64,000 bases of DNA from Patellaria atrata CBS 101060 (taxonomy: Eukaryota). Position numbers and translations under genes: made by a program. Positions within the stretch are counted from its first letter, which is position 1, and the number at the start of each line of letters is the position of its first letter. This document shows positions 11,603 to 24,645 of this stretch, piece after piece. The DNA is taken from contig MU006108.1 of the NCBI GenBank assembly GCA_010093705.1, positions 186,099-250,098 of the forward strand. Reading direction: 5' to 3'. A model generated the notes under the pieces. The model saw only the letters and a program-made list of their open reading frames with translations. It made no database searches and was not told the DNA's origin.

Positions 11603-14600
11603 TCATTCCGCCGCACTCGTTGTTCTCTTCTTATTCCTCCTTCCACCTTGTTCTATCGCTGTCTTGCCCAAGAATGCCTGGCATTGACCGTTGGGTAAAG
11701 GATTATCGCGTATGTACTCCTCGCGAATCCGCGCTGCCTCACGGTCCCAAGTTGCTACTCGGTCATTGAAATCAACGATACTTTTCGTCATTGCTTCCTT
11801 TGCCAGCTGCGTCTGATCATAGAATGGTCGTTTCTCCTCCGTGCTTGCTTTCCTCCACCAAGCCCCTATGGTGGACCTGACTTCGTATATCGATGCCTTA
11901 GCTTGAGGGTTGTTCTTTGCCTTCCTCTGAGCCTCATCACAATCGGATTTACATCTCGACCAGTTGGCGTTGGTATATAATAAAAATGGATTAACTCCTG
12001 ACCTTCCTGGTTTGATAGGCCTCTCGCCTAATTCTTTTAGAATTGCCCCAATAATTGAGGCTTCATAGTGCTCGTCCGTCGCCTGCTTTACGACTCTCAT
12101 TGCTTGCATACCCGGTTCATCTATTGGATGCTTTCCGTCTTGACTGAGTGAGTGAAGTTGCTCACTTTTCACTTTTGGTGGGACCAGTGGATTTGGGACT
12201 TTGATGGGGCCGATCATGGACTCGATGACCCCGGCGGCCGCCCTTAACCCAGAGAGATAAGCACCGTGGACGGTTGCAGGATGTGTTCCACACGTCGCCT
12301 CACCCGCAAAATGGAGATGTCCTACGGGTTGGGCCATGGCGTCATAGTCTCCCGATTGCGCCCTTGGGCCCATGTACGAGTAACTTCCACGTGCAAAACG
12401 ATCCTTCCTCCAGCGTGTAACAATAGCTTCAGACGGCCATGGAACTTTCTTCGACGGAAACATACGACTCAACCTATCAGTAACATCTCTGATTAAAGTC
12501 TTGTCGTCCGTAACCTCAGTGTCGAAAGCGGCATTCCCAGCCATGAGAGCGACTAGTGTCGGTTGCCCACTTGTTTTGATACAGTTCCAGAACAGGTAGA
12601 ATCGACCCCGATGGGAACTATAATCGGATTGGGAAAGACTCTGTTGACTTGTAGCGTCGTTTAATAAACCGAACATGTCACGGTGCTCTTCCCAGAAAGC
12701 TGTATCATATACTAGGATGACCTAAGGAACAATCACATTAGCTTAATCTAGAAAATGTGTGCTGAATGCATACTTTGTTTAACAGACCAAACCCGAGACG
12801 CTCTATAGCGCCTTGTTTCCATTCAGGAAGTGGCGGCTCGAAACGTAGACCGTCCGACTTAAGTACACCAAGAGACGCGGTTACGACGATCTCATCGGCT
12901 TCGAAAATATCACCGTCCTCACACTCAACTGAGGTAGTAACCTCATTTCGAGAGTTTGCGCAATACCGAATAACTTTCACGTTCTTATTGAAGCGGACAT
13001 CCAATGATGTTGGTAGCCGCCAAAGTCCTCGTGGGACTTGCTGGTATCCGCCAACCATTTCCGAGTGAAAGCCTTCGAACTCGTTCCCAATATCCTGATC
13101 CCAACCTCCTAGACTGAGTTGGTTCACGTTTATAGCATTCGCATACTCGAGATTAGCATGATGCCAATTTAAGAGACGCATGTCTTGTGGACTGAGATCT
13201 ATTATACCCTGATACTGTCGTATAGCTTCATCCATGGTGTTTCCGAGAGTTGGGAACTCTTGCTTTCGAGTGTAGTTATCGAGATCGATTGAGTGATTGT
13301 CTTCGATACTCTGGCGTAAAGGCCACCCAAGGTTTTCAGCAATCTTAGCTGCAGGCAATTTGGCATTAGAGCCTGTTGATAGTGTGTACGCTCTGCCTGC
13401 TAGCTTCTCCACTCCTAGAGACGCCTGATTTCCGGCATTATTCTTGTTCAAAGGTCTTTTCTCTTCATGCACCAATATAGTGGCGCCATCATGTTCTAGT
13501 GAGGACAGCATATCGCCGCTCTCTGTCGTTGGATCCTTTCCCCATTGCATCATAGTCTTATTTCCTTCCACAGTATAACTAGGCTGGGTCTTCTGCCGAT
13601 ATGTACTGGCTCGCTCGAGGATATCGTTATACAACTTTTCCACAAGGATGTCCCTATCTTTGTCAACAATACTCCCATCATGATCGTAGAGAATCGTGTT
13701 ATCGCGGAGTGCATGGTAATGGAGCCCAAGTTGACCTCGAACAATAACGTTTAGCGGGTTGCCGTGATCGAACCCAGTTATGATCTGAGCACCCATCTCT
13801 GCTGTACTCCGTAAACCAGATGGTAGCGATACTCGACTGTTCTGAGTTAGGGGATGGGAATATACCCGCCCACCTATGCGATTCCTACCTTCCAGCACAA
13901 TAATCTTAGGCCGTCGTTCGCCTTTTCGCAACCAGCTTGATTCTAGCTGGGAAATTAGAGATTCGAGTTGGCGAGCACATCCTAAACCGGACATACCGGC
14001 CCCAATAATAACAATACATGGCTGTTTAGCTTTCCTGCTTTTTGGTCGTGGCATCTGACCAAATGTTGCCGGATTTTCCACACAGCCAAAGTTGATATAT
14101 CCATTCCGCAAGAGCCACTGGTGTGCGAGGTCCGCTAACTTGAAGAATCTACTCTCTCTTGCGCAACCGGCCGCTTCCTCGCGAGTAACGCAAACTAGTG
14201 GATTCTTCGTCCATAATCTAAGGACAGCGTTTCTGATATTCAGATATACAGTCACCTGTGGAAGCGTGATATGGTCCCGTAATAATTTGTATTCTCCCGA
14301 GTGCAGGGCAAAGGGGTTTAATCTGGAGGAGTACGCCGCTAGAGTACACTGGCGTGCGAATTCCACAGCCGAGAGTGATGATGGTATTGATGATCGTGGG
14401 CGAATTTCAGGAATGATTCTTTTGCCAGACTGAGCCGCTGAACCTCCATCCTGAGTATCTGATGTATTTGGAGCCGATGAAATCTGGGTTTCGAAATTAG
14501 AGGTTTGAAACGGAACGTTACTCTTCTTGATAGTATGACCTGCAATCCCAAGTTGACTGTCAAGAATCTCCTGCAAGTCATCAGTGCCATTTCTGAGCGG

Positions 14601-15077
14601 CATCGGTTTGACAATTCCAGACTGATTGAGATTTTGTAGTTCATCAGTGATAGATTCTAACGCAATCGAATCTGTGATTAGATCGATATTGTCGTGGTCA
14701 TCCTGATTTTCGGAATGGGACCGAGAGCGTTCCTTCCCATTTGAGATATTATTCCAAAGAAATCCATTAGTATCCTCAACGTCAGTACCTTCGACATCAG
14801 TCCTATCGATTTCATCAGTTCCATATTTTGTGCTCATGCGGCTGCCTCCTTGTTCAGAATTATCGTTCGGTTCACCAAGATGTACCGATGAAGGTCCTGA
14901 CCCTTCATTGTAATGGTCATATGGTCCAAAACCTGCGAAAGGATTGACCGAGGCATCTGATGCCTTGATTTCGAAATCTGTTGCATCCCCTAATAGATCA
15001 TCTTGTCCAAATATATAGGAATGTGTATCGAGGTTCCCGTTTTGCGTAGGATCGGTATCGACAAGTAAGGCATACAT
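11603..15077 (-). CDS. LSD1/KDM1-like FAD-dependent histone demethylase (SWIRM, amine oxidase, C-terminal HMG-box-like region)
   Basis: SWIRM (YLNIRN...GYINFG), FAD motif IIGAGMSG, RIGGRV, GLLNK|VIL across an intron at about 12723-12772, FAGEAT...TVHGAYLSG, HMG-like NPFLLY...IGAWW. The start ATG at 15077 is tentative. Confidence 0.92.
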
Positions 15078-16213
15078 TGGATCAGTTCGAAATGTGAGCA
15101 CTTCCTAGATCTTGCACATTCATCTTGTATGTCTTATTTTTGATCTTCAAGAGGGGAGTATATGGTTGTGGTAAGTGTCAGGAAGGGTGAAATCCTAGGG
15201 CATTTCGAGTCTTCTCGGCAGCTGTGGCTATCGTTCCATATTCTCACCTTACCCAAATCATACCTACCATCCCCACTTCTTGACGCCCACGAGGACCACG
15301 ACATGCTCTTTGTTAACTGCGTCCAGTTGACCCTATCGTCCTACGATGGAGTATCTGGTCATTTCACAATGAATGAAGCTTCAAAGAAAAGTTTAGTCTC
15401 TCTGATCGCAAAAGTACCCCGCCCTGGCGCGAGGGTCTCCCTTTGCCGCCATGCCACCTCAACAATCCTGCCGTCTCCCATGCTCCTCTTCTCCAATCCA
15501 CCAAAATTTGTGTAAAAACAGTAGAAGTTCACTTCTAGGATAAATATGTATCTATCCCAGAGTTTGGAAACATCAAACAAGGTTTTCCGCTCTTGTCCCT
15601 CTGTTTGAGTAGCGTATCTATCCATCTGTGGCTTCTTCTACCTATGCCTTCTATTTCCCTAGCTCTTCTTCCATATCATTGATATTTCCTGGTCTATTTA
15701 TCATCCTATTATAATCAATGACTATGTTAATCTTTCTATATAGGACATTTGTTGACGGTCGATAACCTGCTCCTCTCGCCAGTTCAATTAACTATTTTCG
15801 ACTGTGAACTGGAACATGCGTACAATTGGGCGTCATCTTTCAACCGAATGGCCGACAAATAGTAAATCCCATCTTATAATCAAAGGGACTACATAGGAAT
15901 TTTGGCGGCTTTTTTATCGAAGATCGAATCCATTGTTGATCGTCAAGTAAGAGACCAGAGCGTGAGGTAAACGCTGTACAATACAATCGCCGCTCCTGGA
16001 AAGTCTTTTCCAGAGGGATTGTACACTTTCGTACGAAGAACCTACCCAACTCATCATGACTTGCTATTCGTCTCCGTCATAAATCAGCTACACTTTATCC
16101 AGTCATGCTGACACTATTGATACAGTGTATTCACACAAAAAGAAAAAGCCACCCGACGCCATAGCTATGCAAATAATCCACGAGACATTTGCTCGTCCCG
16201 GAATATATTCCAC

Positions 16214-17531
16214 CTACTGACGAATCATCTCTTCCAACCCTTTTTTCATCTTCATACATTTCACTTTCAACACCCTTACACTCTCCAAGAAAAGCTCATC
16301 GCTTTCCCACTGACCAGTGCTCTCCACGCTAAATATGAAGTGGTCTCGTATCCTACCTAGTTTCACCTTGCTCTTAAACTCGTCGTGTCTAAGGCACTCT
16401 CGACTCACAGTGTCCTTCATCGGATCGAGTACTACGGCTTTCGGTTCTCCTTCATATCCTTCATAACCACTTCCTTCCCTTGAAGCTTCTTCCGCGGTAA
16501 CTGGCTCTAAGTTTATAACACCTTTTGGGAAACATTTCGAAAATTTTCGAGCACTTGCACCGACAATAGGCTTGATAATATCAATATGTGGAAGAAGACG
16601 ATATGTTGCGGTCGCAACTGGTGAAAATTTTGCATGATCAGCTCCAATACCTTTTATGCAATGCATTGAAAGAGAGATTTTCTGGCCAGGTCGAAGTTTT
16701 GCAATAAGGATATCAGGGTTGACGGCCTGGATGATTCCATCCGGAGCTGGAAAACGTTGACTTTGTTGACCTGTGGGTCTGAAGGTTATTTGCGAGGCGT
16801 AGACTATATACAGATTCATATCAGTCGAGTTGAAACTTTTTTCGAAAGAACCTGTAAGAACTAACCGCTCGAATTGTTGTAGAGGATCTTGGGATCATTC
16901 TCTCCTCTCCGTGCTTTTTCTTTCGCTCCATCTTTCCATGTGCATTCGACATCTAGACCAAGAACAACGGTATTGTAATCAGTGGGGACCCCACCGTCCG
17001 AATCTTCAGTAGGCCTTTTGAACCATCTCATCCATTTGAGTCCCTCTCTGTCTCCCTTCAGTGGGATTAGGCCCAGGCGAGCTGCCAACACTTCATCCTG
17101 TATGATTGAAGTGTTATTAACAACATAGACATACTCGATCGCAACAGTTGATATTTCAGAGATTAAAATACGCCGAAACGCGTTCGCAATGGGAGCATCA
17201 ATGCCAATTAAAGAGAATGTGCTATCGAAAGGATCGTTCTTATGAAATTGCACGTGGAAATTCTGTAATAGCGTTAGACTCTTGGATCAACAAAATCCCA
17301 CTAAAAGCCAACCTTCTTGAAGTTTTCTATATCCCAATGATGAGACTCTCCGGCATTCTGATTTGGAAACTCCGAAGAAGCGATATTGGTGACGGTTTCT
17401 GCGTTTATCCCAATTATCTGCACGATCAGGTTAACCAGTTTGCGAATGTACAGTACAGGTACGAGACGCACTTTGCGATCTTGCAGTTTCTGTGCACTAT
17501 GTTCTCTCAGTATCCATTCATCTCTAGCCAT
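16214..17531 (-). CDS. RPC40: RNA polymerase I/III shared subunit AC40
   Basis: [61 protein letters not shown]; 4 exons joined by GT-AG introns (first at 17418-17471). Confidence 0.96.
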
Positions 17532-17770
17532 TCTCTAATATAAGTTATGACACCAGAACGGTTGCAGACACAATTCGGTGATGTATAATTTTGATCCTGT
17601 CGAAAATCTCATTCGTAAAATAAATTCTGCCACCGCCTAGAACTAGGGTTAAGAGTTGCTCAGTGCCAAGCCGGACTAGCTTCCTCATAATCAACGACTT
17701 CATGATTTCATCTCAGTTTCTGTTATCATCAAACTGATCTCCTCTCCACTCCTTTGGGCCTCTGCGCACA
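17532..17770. promoter_or_regulatory. Compact bidirectional promoter region between RPC40 and the complex I 49-kDa gene
   Basis: Only 239 bp separate the head-to-head start codons. It contains CTAGGGTTA (telobox-like) at about 17643. Confidence 0.55.
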
Positions 17771-19335
17771 ATGCCGGCATCAATTGCACGAGTAGCCAGC
17801 CGGGCGACTGCTGGAAGACTCTTCTGGCGAACACCAACCTGTAGAGCGCCATGTCCTCGTTCCATCCCACGCTACCTGTCAACATCTATTCCTCGATATT
17901 ACGCAGAACCCTCGGATACACCATATGGAACCGATGATACAGGGCGCCCATTAGGTGGAACTCGTCTGATCGAAACGGATGCACAATTCGCTGCAACCTT
18001 TGATCCAGAGGAGTCGCCGCATTTAAACCAACCCGACGAAGGTAGCAACACAGAGAAGAGAAAGATTAGGCATTACACGGTCAACTTCGGGCCTCAACAT
18101 CCTGCAGCTCACGGTGTGCTCCGTCTAATTTTAGAGCTCAATGGCGAGGAGATTGTTCGAGCAGATCCCCACGTTGGCCTGTTGCACCGAGGCACAGAAA
18201 AGCTTATTGAATACCGAACCTACCTTCAAGCTTTACCCTATTTCGATCGTTTCGACTACGTTTCTATGATGACAAATGAACAATGCTTTTCCCTTGGAGT
18301 GGAGAAGCTCTTGAACATTGATATTCCTATCAGAGCCAAGTATATCAGGACACTTTTTGGTGAAATCACCCGCATTCTCAACCACTTGATGTCCGTACTT
18401 TCCCATGCTATGGATGTAGGAGCATTGACACCCTTCCTATGGGGTTTCGAAGAGCGAGAGAAGCTCATGGTAAGAGCTCGCTCAAATATCAACTATCGAT
18501 AATTACTCACACGCTGCGTAGGAATTCTATGAGCGCGTATCAGGAGCCCGTCTTCACGCTGCATATGTTCGCCCTGGTGGTGTTAGCCAAGATATTCCAC
18601 TTGGGCTGTTGGATGATATCTACCAGTGGGCGACCCAATTTGGCGACCGAATCGACGAGACCGAGGAACTTCTAACGGATAACCGAATATGGAAAGGCAG
18701 AACTGAAGGTATCGGTGTTGTTTCTGCCGCTGATGCATTGAATTATGGTTTCACGGGAGTGATGCTGCGGGGTTCTGGTGTTCCATGGGATATCCGTAAA
18801 TCTCAGCCTTACGACGCTTATGGTGAGGTTGAATTTGATGTTCCAGTTGGAATCAACGGTGATTGCTACGACCGTTATCTCTGCCGTATGGAAGAGTTCA
18901 GACAATCACTCCGTATCATTCACCAGTGCTTGAATCAAATGCCGGCTGGCCCAGTCAAGGTCGAGGATTACAAGATTGCACCACCACCTAGGGCAGCGAT
19001 GAAAGAGAATATGGAAGCCCTCATTCACCACTTCCTCCTGTTCAGCAAAGGTTATGCAGTACCACCAGGAGAGACCTACAGTGCTATAGAAGCCCCCAAG
19101 GGAGAAATGGGTGTCTTCTTGGTTAGTGACGGGAGTGAAAGACCATATAGGTGTCATGTCCGTGCTCCTGGCTTTGCACATTTGGGATGTATGGATCAAA
19201 TCTCCAGAGGGCATTTGCTGGCCGATGCTGTCGCAATTATAGGAACGGTGAGTACTTATCAAATTTTAACTGAGATGGAAACATCATGCTAATTGAGCCC
19301 AGATGGATTTAGTGTTTGGAGAAGTTGACAGATAG
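17771..19335 (+). CDS. nuo49: NADH:ubiquinone oxidoreductase 49-kDa subunit (NDUFS2/NuoD), mitochondrial
   Basis: Arg-rich presequence, [31 protein letters not shown], and C-terminal [10 protein letters not shown] after the last intron; 2 introns. Confidence 0.97.
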
Positions 19336-19536
19336 GAACGCAACGATGCTACTCAAAATCTTTTTTTTTTGGTAGAGGCCAGTATGGGTATAAAGGGGAT
19401 TGCATCGGCGTCTTGAAGTTGGGGCCTTCTGCCGTTTACATTGTAAATATGTAAAAATACATTCCAGTTTATGAAACCAGGGTAAGTCATGATACCTCTT
19501 CGTCAGTAAGAGAGACTTTAGCTTGAATCTGGACAG

Positions 19537-20169
19537 TTACTCGCCGATGTCCTCATACCTACGCAACAGCAACAGTTGAGCTATGGCAATAGTTTGGGTG
19601 TACAAGGGTTTGTATGCTAACTTACCAATCTTTGGGTTGCTTCTCGATAAAAGCCGTCATCAATACCTTGGATTCGGTGTTATTGAGATTCACAACTTCT
19701 ATACCTTTCTGCTTGAGGTAGTTTTCGCCTCCGACAAAAGTGCTGTTCTCCCCTATGACCACCTAGGAATCATGAATCAATGGTAATCCAAGCCTTGATG
19801 TCTTGGAGGAACGACTGACTCGGGATATTTTGTACATGACACAAGCTCCGGTGCACATATCGCAGGGCGAGAGTGTTGTGTACATTGTAGCACCTTTGTA
19901 TGCAATAGCAGGTAGCCTTCCTGCATTCTCCAAGGCTGATATCTCTGCCTACTTGACAGTTAGGATGAAGCACTATATCTCCCCTTGCTTGCACACAAGC
20001 TCACATGCAAAGTGGCACTGGATTTCTGAATCCTCATGTTATGACCTCGACCGAGTATTTTGCCCTTTGCATCTACCAGAGCAGCCCCGATAGGAACACC
20101 GCCTTCTTCAGCACCCTTTCTTGCCTCTTCGAGTGGTACGATAAAGCCCGGGTCTGTTTCCATAGTCAT
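19537..20169 (-). CDS. FCY1: Cytosine deaminase (yeast type)
   Basis: EGGVPIGAAL, GRGHN, Zn motifs H|AE and SPCDMC, VIGEN, C-terminal W|YEDIGE*; 3 introns. Start is ATG 20169 or 20163. Confidence 0.93.
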
Positions 20170-20834
20170 GGGAGGTGGTTTTGATGACAACGTTTTCAGT
20201 GTTTAATATAGTCTGTATGAGCTTAATACTGACTTATTGCTCTCTATCTAAAGCAATCTATTTATCTATCTATCTATTATTACTGCTACGCAGTCCCTTG
20301 GAATCTGACACTAGATATGCACCTGCATCGTCTATTAACTTGGAGGATTTTGATGATTGGACCACTGCAAGGGAATCGAGCAACCAACAAGCCCAAGCTA
20401 TTCGATACGCGTGGGACATGAACATGATTCTATCCGACTTACATTTTTGCATAAGAACACCTCATGAATGCCTCAAACACTTGAATGAGGGTGCCTCTGA
20501 CTTATTGCAGAGATGACGAGTCCATCCGCGTAATTTGATTCGGTCATGATCAAAGTGGGTGTTGTTAAAGCTGAATTTGAGGTTTTGGAATCTTCAAGTT
20601 TCTTCCTGATTCCATTCGGAAGCTTGAGCGCGGGCTAAGTATAAGCGACCGCCGCCTTGTTAAACATCTTCAATCCACTTTAAAGCCTTGAACTGTCTGT
20701 CTCTGTCCCACCTGCACTGGCAAACAATTTTCTTTCACTCCTGTCTTGGTCAGAGCCCTTTACCAGAACGCGACTTTTCCCAAGGGCAAGCTCAAAAAGA
20801 ATTAGAAGCCGCCGAAAGAGATTCACTCGGAACT

Positions 20835-20998
20835 GTAAGTAGGCCTGAAATCTACCCCCGGCACCGCCGTACACTGGCTCAGCCTTTCCCCAACCACGGA
20901 TACCTCCCACCGCCTGTGGCTCCCTTGAACGCTTTCTCTCCTTCAAAAACTGGGCTAAACACCTACCGCAAACAATTTTCTGACTCCTTCTTCCTCAG
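20835..20998 (+). other. Probable 5'-UTR intron of YDJ1
   Basis: GTAAGT donor at 20835, TCTGAC branch site at about 20979, pyrimidine tract and CAG acceptor at 20998, 112 nt upstream of the ATG. Confidence 0.6.
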
Positions 20999-21110
20999 TG
21001 TCATTTTAACCGCACGTCCGGCTTAAGATTTCGCATCAGATCGCAAACAGCCCCCACTTTCCTCTGTTCTCTCATCTACATCATCTTCCAGTCGAGGAAA
21101 GGCTGCCACG

Positions 21111-22543
21111 ATGGTGAAGGAAACGAAGTTCTACGAGGTCCTTGGGGTGAGTTGCACTACAAAGGTGTACAGTTTACTAGGAATTCTATTACTAACTGTA
21201 CCAGGTTCCCCCAGATGCGTCAGAGTCCCAACTAAAGAGCGCCTACAAGAAGGGCGCTCTTAAATGGCATCCAGGTTAGTATACGGCAAATACCACTCTT
21301 CACGAAGCAAAGCATAGCTCATACCTGTGATTTAGACAAGAATGCCCACAACCCCGATGCCGCTGAAAAGTTCAAAGATTTATCACACGCCTATGAGATC
21401 TTATCAGACCCTCAAAAACGTCAAATATATGATGATTATGGTGAGCAAGGTCTAGAACAAGGAGGAGCAGGTGGTGGAATGGCCGCAGAAGACTTATTTG
21501 CACAATTCTTCGGTGGTGGAGGTGCTTTCGGTGGCATGTTCGGAGGCGGAATGAGGGATACGGGCCCAAAGAAGGCTCGTACAATCTCACACGTCCACAA
21601 GGTTTCGCTCGAAGATATTTACCGGGGCAAAGTTTCGAAACTTGCGTTACAGAAATCCGTAATCTGCCCCAAGTGCGAAGGACGAGGTGGTAAGGAAGGC
21701 GCTGTCAAGAAATGTGCCGGGTGCGAAGGTCGTGGTATGAAGACCATGATGAGACAAATGGGTCCGATGATCCAACGATTCCAGACTGTCTGCCCGGACT
21801 GCCAGGGTGAGGGTGAGACTATCCGAGATCGTGATAGGTGCAAACAGTGTAACGGCAAGAAGACGATCATCGAGCGAAAGGTTCTTCACGTTCACGTCGA
21901 CAGGGGTGTAAGGAGTGGCACCAAGATCGAATTCAGAGGTGAAGGTGATCAACTTCCGGGCGTCGAACCAGGCGATGTCGTGTTCGAAATTGAACAAAAG
22001 CCACATGCCCGCTTCCAACGGAAAGAAGACGATTTGTTCTACGAGGCTGAGATCGATCTTCTGACCGCATTAGCTGGTGGCCGTATCCATATCGAGCATC
22101 TTGACGATAGATGGTTGAGCGTCGACATTCTCCCTGGAGAAGTTATTTCGAATGGTGAGTCTCATTCAATTCTCTATGATAACTTCAAAGACTGTCACTA
22201 ACAAAGCTTAGGCGATGTCAAGGTTATCCGAGGCCAGGGTATGCCTTCATACCGTCATCACGACTTCGGCAACCTCTACATCCAGTTCACCGTCAAATTC
22301 CCCGAGAGATTAGGCGGACCAGAGGGTGAACCCATGACAGATGAACAAGTCAAAGCCCTTGAATCCGTACTCCCACCACGCATGCAGCACGCCGAACCGC
22401 CCGTTGACTCTATGGTCGAGGACTACGTTTTAGAAAACGTCGACCCGACAAGAGAGGGCCAGGCAAGAGCCGCTGGCATGATGGACGACGATGATGACGA
22501 GATGCACCACGGTGGCGAGCGCGTCCAGTGCGCATCTCAATAA
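21111..22543 (+). CDS. YDJ1: Type I Hsp40 co-chaperone Ydj1/Mas5
   Basis: MVKETKFYEVLG, J-domain HP|DKN, G/F region, four CxxCxGxG/K zinc motifs, C-terminal CaaX box CASQ; 3 introns. Confidence 0.97.
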
Positions 22544-23090
22544 AGACCTTCGGACACATAAGAGTTACGAGTCGAGACGATGTGCATGTAGTGAAGAGGT
22601 ACGAAAAAAAACGAGTTAAGATAGGGCTCATAGGTGGGGGCTTTGGGGCATCGGTTTTAGGTTTTCATGCGGGCGCTCCTGGTCTTTCTTCCTCCATAGA
22701 CACTTTCTTCTTTTCTTCTGCGTCTGGTATGTTTTCTTTCATATCGGCCATTCTTAAACTATTAGAGGTTTTACTTTTCTTCCCTTTTGTTATCCATCTG
22801 CTTTTCTTTTTTCCCTCTTTGCGGTTTTTCCGTCATGTCTTTCTGCTCCATGGGGTCCCCGATAATTCACAATCCCGGCGTTTTCCCTATATGAGATACT
22901 GAAAATTTAAGATATATGAATTTCAATGGATAGTTCAAAACTTCGTTCGGGTCATGATTCCCCAGTGATTCGATTATATACATTACGAGTACCTTGATGT
23001 ACAGTGCACATCCGCGTTCCCTATATATCCCCCCTCCCACTCATACCAAATCTCCTACCTTACACTTCCTCACCAATCGACCCTCCTACC

Positions 23091-24353
23091 TCATACCTCC
23101 CCCAAATCTACCCTCACCCAATAAACAACCCACCCTTCCCTCCCCCCAAGCGCCCTCACCACACCTTCGCCCTCTTCATTCCCAACCAGAACATCCGCAT
23201 GACACCATCGCCTTCCTTCCTCTTTCCAATCTCGTTCTTCCTCTTTCGTACCCGTCTCCCCCTTCATGTTCCTCCTCTCCTCATCCGTCCCTGTCTCCTC
23301 GTCTACGGCAGTAAACGCCCCCAGACCACCCAAAACCCTCCCCGCAACCCATTTCCCCAACCCCCGTCCCCGGAACCCGGGCTCCACAAAAAGCGTGCTA
23401 AGACTCCCGTCCAGACCTAGGAAGGCCCACGCGACCGGTCCGTGCTGGGTATGTGACACGATTGCCGAGGGGAGGAGGCGCAGCGTTTCTTCTGTGCGGG
23501 GGATGGGGGTGCGGGAACGGATGAGGGGGTAGATGTTTGAGGAGGTTGTGGGGGTGGGGGTGGAGGTGGAGATAGGGGTGTAGGATATTTCTGGCGGGAG
23601 GTTGGAATCGCAGGGGGATGGATCGGTGTCAGGAGAGGAAGAGGAGGCGGAGGAGGAGGAAGAGGGACAAGGGATCAGAAACTTGGTGTACCCGATCTCG
23701 TGTCCGCGGAAATCGGGCGTTGACCATAGGGTTTTTGGGGCCGAGACGCGGAGGAGGTCGACGAGGCGGGCGTGGGCGGAGCCGAGGAGGAGAAGGGAGG
23801 GGTTCGATACGTGGGATGCGAGGCGGAGGCGGGTTGTTTGGTTGGTGTCGGGTTTTGCTGTAGAGTCTGGGAGGAGGGCAGGGGTGGAGAGGTTGGGAGG
23901 TACGGGGAGGACTTTGATGGCGTGCAGGAGGGCGAGGAGGTGCGTGCTGCATTGGGAGCAATGCCATGTGTCTACGTTGGCTGCGGTGTTGGACCCTGAT
24001 GCCCTTTCGTCATCGTCGTCATCGTCTTCGGAAGAGGTATGGGGAGAGAGGAAACCACACCGCCGTTCCAGTTCTCCGCTGAGGAAGATCCAGGCTTCGG
24101 TTTCAGGGCGGCGGCTTCGGTCTACGACGGCGACGGCGAAGCAGGTTGGGAGGTTTTTGGTGTTGGTGGAGGGCGGGAAGGTCGAGAGGATGTGCGTGTG
24201 TGGGCCGTTGTGGGGAAATTGGATACGGCGGTAGACGGGTAGAGAGTGGGGGAGGAAGTGGGAGAGGAGAGGGAGTAGGGAGGGGTTGGAAGGGGTGGGG
24301 AGAAGGTGGGTGTGGATTTGGGCGTGGTCCGCAGAGAGTGGTGGAGGGGCCAT
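23091..24353 (-). CDS. GNAT acetyltransferase with an FR47-like C-terminal domain
   Basis: Intronless ORF with VAWAFLGLDGSLSTLFVEPGFRGRGLG (acetyl-CoA motif A) and HADV..GN. First ATG is at 24353. Confidence 0.8.
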   Translation of the reverse strand: MAPPPLSADHAQIHTHLLPTPSNPSLLPLLSHFLPHSLPVYRRIQFPHNGPHTHILSTFPPSTNTKNLPTCFAVAVVDRSRRPETEAWIFLSGELERRCGFLSPHTSSEDDDDDDERASGSNTAANVDTWHCSQCSTHLLALLHAIKVLPVPPNLSTPALLPDSTAKPDTNQTTRLRLASHVSNPSLLLLGSAHARLVDLLRVSAPKTLWSTPDFRGHEIGYTKFLIPCPSSSSSASSSSPDTDPSPCDSNLPPEISYTPISTSTPTPTTSSNIYPLIRSRTPIPRTEETLRLLPSAIVSHTQHGPVAWAFLGLDGSLSTLFVEPGFRGRGLGKWVAGRVLGGLGAFTAVDEETGTDEERRNMKGETGTKEEERDWKEEGRRWCHADVLVGNEEGEGVVRALGGREGWVVYWVRVDLGEV

Positions 24354-24645
24354 GGTGGTTATGGAGGAGGGGTAAACGGTGGATGTGTAGATCAGAGACA
24401 CAAGGTTGTGTTTAGGATGCAAATTGGCTGAATGTTTATACAGAATATTTTCTAATTATATAAGTTTTGAGTAGACATGCGATCCTATGCTACTCATGCG
24501 TCATGAACGTTGGCATATATCATGCACCCCTGTCTATCAATGCAAGAACCCCTTCAACACCTAGTAATGCCCTTCGCCATGCATGATTTGTGTAGTATGA
24601 ACAAATGAAAGTTGAATGTTAAGGTATGCCATCTATTGGGCATCA

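Noticed and set aside
11550..11605. Readthrough of the LSD1-like stop (TGA CGG)
   Set aside because: The short extension has no targeting signal such as PTS1 and there is no other support.
23602..24234. Long antisense and alternative-frame ORFs over the GNAT gene (also 2459-3052 over the kinase)
   Set aside because: Expected from high GC/skew and codon structure suppressing stops; the peptides are low-complexity.
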